A stretch of 64,000 nt of DNA, taken from positions 1 to 64,000 of the forward strand of contig JANLSU010000067.1 in NCBI GenBank assembly GCA_031362565.1. The letters are read 5' to 3'. The notes beneath the pieces were generated by a model. The model made no database searches. It had not been told where the DNA came from and saw only the letters and a list, made by a program, of their open reading frames with translations. A program made the position numbers and the translations under genes. How positions within the stretch are numbered: position 1 is the stretch's first letter; every line of letters starts with the position of its first letter. Origin of the DNA: a bacterium. Its GTDB lineage: Bacteria > Krumholzibacteriota > Krumholzibacteriia > G020349025. Of this stretch, positions 57,706 through 64,000 are shown in pieces.

Positions 57706-59268
57706 GTGGGTCTCTTGTCGTCCATCGTGTTCTTGCCGACGGTGTTCGCACTGGCGCTGCTCCTCATGCCGCGCGGCAACGACCGCGCCGTGCGAGTGCT
57801 GGCGCTGGTCGGCATGCTGGTGGATTTCGCGGCCGCTCTGGTGCTCCTGGCCAGATTTGGGACCGGCAGCGGCATGCAGTTCGTCGAACGGGTGCCGTGG
57901 ATCGAACACTTCGGCATCGAGTACCACTTGGGCGTCGATGGGATCAGCCTGTGGCTCGTGGTGCTGACGGGCTTCATCGCGCCGCTCGCCGTGCTCGGTT
58001 CCTGGAAGGGAATCTCCGAGCGGGTGCGCGAGTTCCACGTCCTGTTGCTGCTCTTGCAAACCGGCATGATGGGCGTCTTCATGAGCTTGGATCTCTTCCT
58101 CTTCTACATCTTCTGGGAGATCACCCTCATTCCGATGTACTTCTTGGTCGGGATCTGGGGCCATGAACGGCGCTTGTACGCCGCCATCAAGTTCTTTGTC
58201 TATACGATGGCGGGATCGCTGCTCATGCTGGTGGCGATTCTGGCGCTCGTGCTGCAGCACCAGCAGCAGACCGGCGAGTACACGTTCAACGTGCTGCGCC
58301 TGTACGAGACGCATGTGCCGCAGTCCCAAGCGTTATGGTATTTCGGCGCCTTCGCGGTGGCATTCGCGATCAAGGTGCCCATGTGGCCCCTGCATACCTG
58401 GCTCCCCGATGCGCACGTCGAAGCGCCGACTGCGGGCTCGGTCATCCTGGCGGCTATTCTGCTCAAGATGGGCTGTTACGGGTTCTTGCGCTTTGCGATC
58501 CCGCTCTTCCCCGAAGCCGCCATGGCCATTTTGCCGGTGCTCTTCATCTTGCCGGTCGTGGGGATTGTCTATGGGGCGCTCGTCGCCATGGTGCAACCGG
58601 ATCTCAAGAAACTCGTCGCCTATTCCTCGGTCAGCCACTTGGGCTTCGTCATGCTGGGTCTCTTTGCCTTCAATCGCCAGGGCCTGGAAGGCGCCCTCTA
58701 CCAGATGATCAATCACGGTCTCTCGACCGGCGCCCTCTTCCTCATGGTGGGCATGCTGTACGAGCGCCGGCACACGCGGCAGATCGCGGCGTTCGGCGGC
58801 CTCGCGCAGAGCATGCCGGTGTATTCGACGGTGTTCGTGATCGTCATGCTGTCCTCCATCGGGCTTCCGGGCCTGAACGGCTTCGTCGGTGAGTTCCTGA
58901 TTCTGCTGGGCGCGTTCCACGAGGCGCGGCCGTACGCCATTGTCGCCACGACCGGCGTCATCCTGGGTGCCGTGTACATGCTGTGGGCGACGCAGCGCGT
59001 GTTGTTCGGCAAGCTCGATAAGGACGAGAATCGCAATCTGCCCGACCTCGGCCGGCGCGAACTCGCCGTTTTGGTGCCGCTCGTGGTGATGATTCTGGTG
59101 ATGGGCGTCTATCCGAAACCGTTCTTGTCGCGGATGCACGACGCCGTTGGCGACTTGATGGCGCACGTCGAGTCACGGGTCGAGAACCAGCGCCGGGCTG
59201 ACCTTGCACCTCCGGCCCCCTGGGATGTCGCGCGCCAAGTCGATGCGACTGGAAAGGGGGCGCGATGA
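57706..59268 (+). CDS. nuoM: NADH-quinone oxidoreductase subunit M
   Basis: FWE; KVPMWPLHTWLPDAHVEAP; AYSSVSH; GLPGLNGFVGE. Confidence 0.96.
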   Translation: MGLLSSIVFLPTVFALALLLMPRGNDRAVRVLALVGMLVDFAAALVLLARFGTGSGMQFVERVPWIEHFGIEYHLGVDGISLWLVVLTGFIAPLAVLGSWKGISERVREFHVLLLLLQTGMMGVFMSLDLFLFYIFWEITLIPMYFLVGIWGHERRLYAAIKFFVYTMAGSLLMLVAILALVLQHQQQTGEYTFNVLRLYETHVPQSQALWYFGAFAVAFAIKVPMWPLHTWLPDAHVEAPTAGSVILAAILLKMGCYGFLRFAIPLFPEAAMAILPVLFILPVVGIVYGALVAMVQPDLKKLVAYSSVSHLGFVMLGLFAFNRQGLEGALYQMINHGLSTGALFLMVGMLYERRHTRQIAAFGGLAQSMPVYSTVFVIVMLSSIGLPGLNGFVGEFLILLGAFHEARPYAIVATTGVILGAVYMLWATQRVLFGKLDKDENRNLPDLGRRELAVLVPLVVMILVMGVYPKPFLSRMHDAVGDLMAHVESRVENQRRADLAPPAPWDVARQVDATGKGAR

Positions 59269-60851
59269 TCACCGTCCCGGCCTGGAACTCCGAAGTGTGG
59301 ATGTTGCTCGCGCCCATGGTTGTGGTGTGTCTGACTGCCGTTCTGCAGTTGACACTCGATCTCATGGCCGGCGAGCGCCGCGTGCCGTCGGCATGGATTT
59401 CGATCGGTGGTCTGGCGATTGCAGGCGTGCTCGTGCTCGGGCGCTGGGAAGCGCCGCTCGGCCAGGCCGAGCGTGCCTTGGGCGGCGCCATCCGCATCGA
59501 CAATCTCACCGTCTTCTTGACCGTCCTCATCCTGGGCGGTGCGGCGCTCGCGCTCGCGACCGCCGACGGCTATTTGGACCAGGCGAAGCGCGGCCAGCGC
59601 CCCGAGTTCCATGCGCTGGCCCTCTTTGCCGTCACCGGCATGATGCTGCTGGTCGCCGCCGGCGAACTCATGACGCTCTTCCTGGCGCTCGAGCTCTTGT
59701 CGTTCCCGACCTACGTGCTCTGCGCCTTCCGGCGCGACCAGTTGAAATCGAGCGAGTCGGCTCTCAAGTACTTCGTGCTGGGCTCGTTTGCGTCGTCGAT
59801 CTTCCTCTACGGCGTCGCCCTCATCTGGGGCTCGACGGGCACGACGGTGATCTCGTCGCTGGCGGCGGCTCCCGAGAGTTCGCTCCTGCACTTGGGAACG
59901 CTGCTTCTCGTCGTCGGATTTCTGTTCAAGATTGGCGCGGCGCCATTTCACATGTGGGTGCCGGACGTCTATGAAGGCGCACCGACACCGGTCACGGCCT
60001 TCATGGCGACGACCGTCAAAGTGGCGGCGTTTGGCGCCTTCATCCGGGTCCTCGTCGGCTTTGTGGTGACGCAGTCGATGCCGACCGCGACCGCACTTGC
60101 CGTCATCGCCGGCCTGACGATGATCGTCGGCAATTTGTCGGCGCTCACCCAGGACAACATCAAGCGCATGCTGGCCTTTTCGTCCGTGGCGCATGCGGGC
60201 TACATGCTCGTCGGTCTGGCGGCGGTGGCGCGATCGGGCTGGGATACGGGTGCCGTCGCCGTGCTCTACTACTTGGCGGCGTACGTGTTCATGAACATCG
60301 GCGCCTTCACGGTCGTAACACTCTTGTCGCGGAGCGCCGAAGGCGAACTGCAGTTCGATCGCGACTGGAGCGGGTCGGCCAGGCGTTATCCGTTCCTCGG
60401 CATCGCCATGACCATCTTCATGCTCGGCTTGGGCGGCATTCCGCCGACGGCGGGATTCTTCGGAAAATATTCGTTGTTCAAGGCCGCCATCGACGCCGGG
60501 ATGATGCCGCTCGTCCTCGTTGCGATCCTGAACAGCCTGGTGTCGGTGTACTACTATCTGCGGGTGGTCGTCGCCATGTACATGCGCACCGAACGCACCG
60601 TGATCCCGGGGGTGCTGGAATCGCTCGCGCCGGCCCGCGCCCATGTGCTGCAGGGTCCGGGTGCGATGGCCGCCGAAGAAATGGTCGCACCGCCGCGCAT
60701 GGCCGACGGTCGCGCCTGGATGGCAAACGCCGTCGTCGCCATTTGCCTCTTCGCGACGCTCTGGCTCGGCATCGGCGCCAACCTCGGCGCACTCCCGGGT
60801 GTGTCGCGCGTCATCGATTGGGCGGAACTCGCGGCCTCGGCATTGCGGTAG
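59265..60851 (+). CDS. nuoN: NADH-quinone oxidoreductase subunit N
   Basis: [46 protein letters not shown]. Confidence 0.96.
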   Translation: MITVPAWNSEVWMLLAPMVVVCLTAVLQLTLDLMAGERRVPSAWISIGGLAIAGVLVLGRWEAPLGQAERALGGAIRIDNLTVFLTVLILGGAALALATADGYLDQAKRGQRPEFHALALFAVTGMMLLVAAGELMTLFLALELLSFPTYVLCAFRRDQLKSSESALKYFVLGSFASSIFLYGVALIWGSTGTTVISSLAAAPESSLLHLGTLLLVVGFLFKIGAAPFHMWVPDVYEGAPTPVTAFMATTVKVAAFGAFIRVLVGFVVTQSMPTATALAVIAGLTMIVGNLSALTQDNIKRMLAFSSVAHAGYMLVGLAAVARSGWDTGAVAVLYYLAAYVFMNIGAFTVVTLLSRSAEGELQFDRDWSGSARRYPFLGIAMTIFMLGLGGIPPTAGFFGKYSLFKAAIDAGMMPLVLVAILNSLVSVYYYLRVVVAMYMRTERTVIPGVLESLAPARAHVLQGPGAMAAEEMVAPPRMADGRAWMANAVVAICLFATLWLGIGANLGALPGVSRVIDWAELAASALR

Positions 60852-60904
60852 GCGGCGGGATCCTGAGGCAATGCCGCCCCGGGCTTCCCCCATTGGGGCT
60901 TCAA

Positions 60905-62590
60905 GTGGCCGATCAACCACAACATCCCGCCGCGGGACCCGAATCGCCGCGCGCCCGCTGGGAGCGCGAAGTCTTGGCGCCGTACCTGGCGCGCCACCCC
61001 GAAAGCGCGCCGGAGTTCACCACCGGATCGCGCGCGCCGGTCGAGCGCTTGTACTCCGCCGTTGATCGCAGTGGCGCCGACGAAGAGCGCGATCTGGGCT
61101 ACCCCGGCGCCTATCCCTTCACGCGCGGCCCCTACCCGACGATGTATCGCGGCAAACTCTGGACCATGCGCCAGTACGCCGGCTTCGGCACCGCCGCCGA
61201 GTCGAATCGCCGCTATCACTACTTGCTGGGGCAAGGCCAGACCGGCCTCTCGGTTGCCTTCGATCTCTGCACCCAAATTGGCTATGACTCCGACCATGCG
61301 ATGGCGCGCGGTGAAGTCGGCAAGGTGGGCGTCGCGATCTCGACCATCGAAGACATGGAGACACTGCTCGCGGGGCTGCCGCTCGAGACCATCTCGACCT
61401 CGATGACGATCAATTCGACGGCGTCGACGTTGCTGGCGTTGTATCTCGTGGTGGCGCGCCGCCGTGGCGTCGCCTGGACGGCACTTCGCGGCACGGTGCA
61501 GAACGACATTTTGAAGGAATACGTGGCGCGCGGCACCTACATCTATCCGCCCGGGCCGTCGATGCGGCTCATCACCGATATGTTCGCGTTCTGCGCCAAG
61601 GAAGTGCCGGAGTGGAACCCGATCAGCATTTCCGGCTATCACATTCGCGAAGCGGGCTCGACGGCGGCGCAAGAGATCGCCTTTACGCTCGCCGACGGGA
61701 TCGCCTACGTGCAGGCCGCGCTCGACGCCGGACTCGACATCGATGCCTTCGCGGGCCGGCTGTCGTTCTTTTTCAACGCTCACAATGATCTCTTGGAGGA
61801 AGTCGCCAAGTTCCGCGCCGCCAGGCGCCTGTGGGCGCAGATCATGCGCGAGCGCTTCGGCGCCAAAAGGCCGGCGTCGTGGGCGCTCCGCTTTCATGCC
61901 CAGACGGCGGGCGTGACGCTGACCGCGCAGCAACCGGAAAACAACGTCGTCCGCGTAACGATTCAGGCGCTGGCCGCCGTCTTGGGCGGTGCCCAGAGCT
62001 TGCACACGAACTCGCGTGACGAAGCGCTGTCGTTGCCGACCGAAGAAGCGGCGCGCATCGCGCTTCGCACTCAGCAGATCCTGGCGCACGAATCAGGCGT
62101 CGCGCACACGATCGATGCGCTCGGCGGCTCGTACGCCATCGAAACGCTCACCGACCGGCTCGATGCCGAAGCCCGCGCCCTCATCGCCGCCGTCGATGCG
62201 CGGGGCGGCATGGTGGGTGCCATCGAGCAAGGCTGGGTCCAGCGTCAAATTCAAGACGCGGCGTACGACTTGCAGAAGGAAATCGATACCGGGGCGCGCG
62301 TCGTCGTCGGGGTCAACCGGTATCGCGACGACACAGCGAACGGTGTACCGATCATGCGCGTCGATCCGAAGCTCGAACGCGAGCAGGTGGAGCGGGTGCG
62401 CCGTTTCCGCGCCCAGCGTGAGCCCGGTGCGGTCCGCGCTTCGCTCGACTGGCTGCGGCGCGCTGCCGTCTCGGATGAGAACCTCATGCCGGCCCTCGTC
62501 GAATGCGTCGATCGGAACGTCACGCTGGGCGAGATCGCCGACGCGCTGCGCGAGATCTTCGGCGAGTATCATGAAAACGTCGTCGTCTAA
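60905..62590 (+). CDS. Methylmalonyl-CoA mutase, large (substrate-binding) subunit
   Basis: [25 protein letters not shown] (Tyr at the specificity position); [37 protein letters not shown] start inferred. Confidence 0.92.
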   Translation: MADQPQHPAAGPESPRARWEREVLAPYLARHPESAPEFTTGSRAPVERLYSAVDRSGADEERDLGYPGAYPFTRGPYPTMYRGKLWTMRQYAGFGTAAESNRRYHYLLGQGQTGLSVAFDLCTQIGYDSDHAMARGEVGKVGVAISTIEDMETLLAGLPLETISTSMTINSTASTLLALYLVVARRRGVAWTALRGTVQNDILKEYVARGTYIYPPGPSMRLITDMFAFCAKEVPEWNPISISGYHIREAGSTAAQEIAFTLADGIAYVQAALDAGLDIDAFAGRLSFFFNAHNDLLEEVAKFRAARRLWAQIMRERFGAKRPASWALRFHAQTAGVTLTAQQPENNVVRVTIQALAAVLGGAQSLHTNSRDEALSLPTEEAARIALRTQQILAHESGVAHTIDALGGSYAIETLTDRLDAEARALIAAVDARGGMVGAIEQGWVQRQIQDAAYDLQKEIDTGARVVVGVNRYRDDTANGVPIMRVDPKLEREQVERVRRFRAQREPGAVRASLDWLRRAAVSDENLMPALVECVDRNVTLGEIADALREIFGEYHENVVV

Positions 62591-62605
62591 GGCGGAGGAC
62601 GCAGT

Positions 62606-63013
62606 GTGACTTCAGAAGCGCGGCGCATCCGGGTGCTCGTCGCCAAACCCGGCCTGGACGGCCACGACCGGGGCGCCAAGTTCATCGCGCGGGCTTTCAA
62701 GGAAGCCGGCATGGAAGTCATTTATACCGGTATTCGCCAAACCCCCGAGGCCATCGTCACGGCCGCGATCCAGGAGGACGTCGACGCCATCGGGCTCTCG
62801 ATCCTCTCGGGCGCCCACCGGGAATTGTTTCCGGATATCATGCAGCGCCTGCGCGACCAGGGCGCCGGCGACATTCTGGTGTTCGCGGGCGGCGTGATCC
62901 CGGACGAAGACCGGGAGTTTTGTCGGAAGCTCGGCGTTGGCGCCGTCTTCGGCCCGGGGACTTCGGCGGACGAAGCGATCGAATTCGTACGGACACACGT
63001 GCGCCCCGCGTGA
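62606..63013 (+). CDS. Acyl-CoA mutase cobalamin-binding subunit
   Basis: [24 protein letters not shown]. Confidence 0.93.
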   Translation: MTSEARRIRVLVAKPGLDGHDRGAKFIARAFKEAGMEVIYTGIRQTPEAIVTAAIQEDVDAIGLSILSGAHRELFPDIMQRLRDQGAGDILVFAGGVIPDEDREFCRKLGVGAVFGPGTSADEAIEFVRTHVRPA

Positions 63014-63042
63014 CGGCGCGGCGCACCTTGAAGGGAACGGCT

Positions 63043-63498
63043 GTGAACGATCAGATGCCGAGTGTGGGCGTCGAAGTATTGCCGCATGGCGCCGGGTTGC
63101 CGCCTTTGGCGCCGATGACCGGTGGCGCCGCGGGCTACGACCTACGCGCCGCGGTGACGGAAGATCTCGTACTCGAGCCGGGCGAGGCGAGGCTCGTGCC
63201 GACCGGCGTGCGGCTCGAGATCCCGGTGGGGTTCGAAGCGCAAGTGCGGCCGCGGAGTGGTCTCGCGCTCCGCGACCGCATCGGCGTCCTCAACAGTCCA
63301 GGAACGATCGATAGCGATTATCGCGGCGAGGTGCAGGTCATTCTGTTCAACTTCAGCACCACTGCCTATCGCGTCACCCGCGGCGCCCGCGTCGCGCAAC
63401 TTGTCTTCGGGCGCGTCTTCCGGCCCGAACTCGAACCACGCGTGTTGGCGGAAACGGAACGCGGCGGCGGCGGTTTCGGTTCGACCGGAGCGAAGTGA
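63043..63498 (+). CDS. dut: dUTP diphosphatase
   Basis: AGYDL; RPRSGLA; GTIDSDYRGE; AQL; RGGGGFGSTG. Confidence 0.96.
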   Translation: MNDQMPSVGVEVLPHGAGLPPLAPMTGGAAGYDLRAAVTEDLVLEPGEARLVPTGVRLEIPVGFEAQVRPRSGLALRDRIGVLNSPGTIDSDYRGEVQVILFNFSTTAYRVTRGARVAQLVFGRVFRPELEPRVLAETERGGGGFGSTGAK

Positions 63499-64000
63499 AC
63501 CGAGCGGTTGGCGCCGCGCCGGATGCCATGCAGACGTTCCCAGCCATACTCGCGTACCACAAAGTCGGCACCCCGGAGATGGGCGGCACCTGGTGCACGC
63601 GCCGGCAGTTGCGCGCCCAGTTGGCGGCACTCACCGCCGGCGGCTGGGCGTTCGTGGACGCGGCGACTTTCGAGCGCCGCATCGACGCCGGTACATTTCC
63701 ATCCGCCGCCCATGAAGTCCTGATGACCTTCGACGATGCCTTTGCGAGCTTCGGCGCCCACGCCTGGCCCGAACTCGAGCGCGCCGGCGCGCCGGCGATC
63801 GTTTTCGTCGTGAGCGAGTTCGTTGGGCAGCGCTCGTCGTGGGACTGGCCGCTCCCGGGACGGCGGGTGCCGCATCTCGATTGGGCGGAACTTCGCGCCC
63901 TGGCCGCCGCCGGCGTCACGATCGGCGCGCACAGCGCGACGCATCGCGACCTGCGGCGTCTCGATGATCACGATCTCGACGCCGAATTGCGCGGTGCCCG
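63495..64000 (+). CDS. Polysaccharide deacetylase family protein (partial, runs off the window)
   Basis: Hand translation: ILAYHKVG...VLMTFDDAF...IGAHSATHRDL. Start is GTG 63495 or ATG 63528. Confidence 0.85.
   Translation, partial: MNRAVGAAPDAMQTFPAILAYHKVGTPEMGGTWCTRRQLRAQLAALTAGGWAFVDAATFERRIDAGTFPSAAHEVLMTFDDAFASFGAHAWPELERAGAPAIVFVVSEFVGQRSSWDWPLPGRRVPHLDWAELRALAAAGVTIGAHSATHRDLRRLDDHDLDAELRGA

Overview
High-GC bacterial chromosome segment. FlgD-Ig/T9SS-type C-terminal domains, a PorV-like gene and TonB-dependent receptors suggest an FCB-superphylum lineage (e.g. Krumholzibacteria/Latescibacteria/Eisenbacteria-like; this is inference). Most of the window is housekeeping: yqeY-cvpA-mutS2-[HNH]-dnaG-rpoD-tRNA(CAT)-tRNA-Val-Zn-ribbon-rnhA-rnpB-recJ-rel-dtd-bcp; maf-mtnA; rplM-rpsI-rpsB-tsf-pyrH-frr; a complete nuoA-N operon with fused nuoCD; split methylmalonyl-CoA mutase; dut; a polysaccharide deacetylase. 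The best candidate for an undescribed system is at 7.0-11.0 kb. There, three paralogous small secreted proteins share an ungapped 18-residue motif [FY]DxPxxx[GS]S[AG]PGDDDxPL just after the signal peptide, directly upstream of a TPR-domain sigma-54 enhancer-binding protein, with a candidate -24/-12 promoter in front. This could be a peptide-signalling circuit. Other notable items: a six-gene TonB receptor/PorV/lipoprotein/OB-fold surface locus; a long unannotated structured-RNA candidate between frr and nuoA; a Rex-like operator at the nuo promoter; and a stand-alone HNH gene between mutS2 and dnaG that carries an internal 14-nt repeat. Start codons were chosen by eye. No database searches were run.
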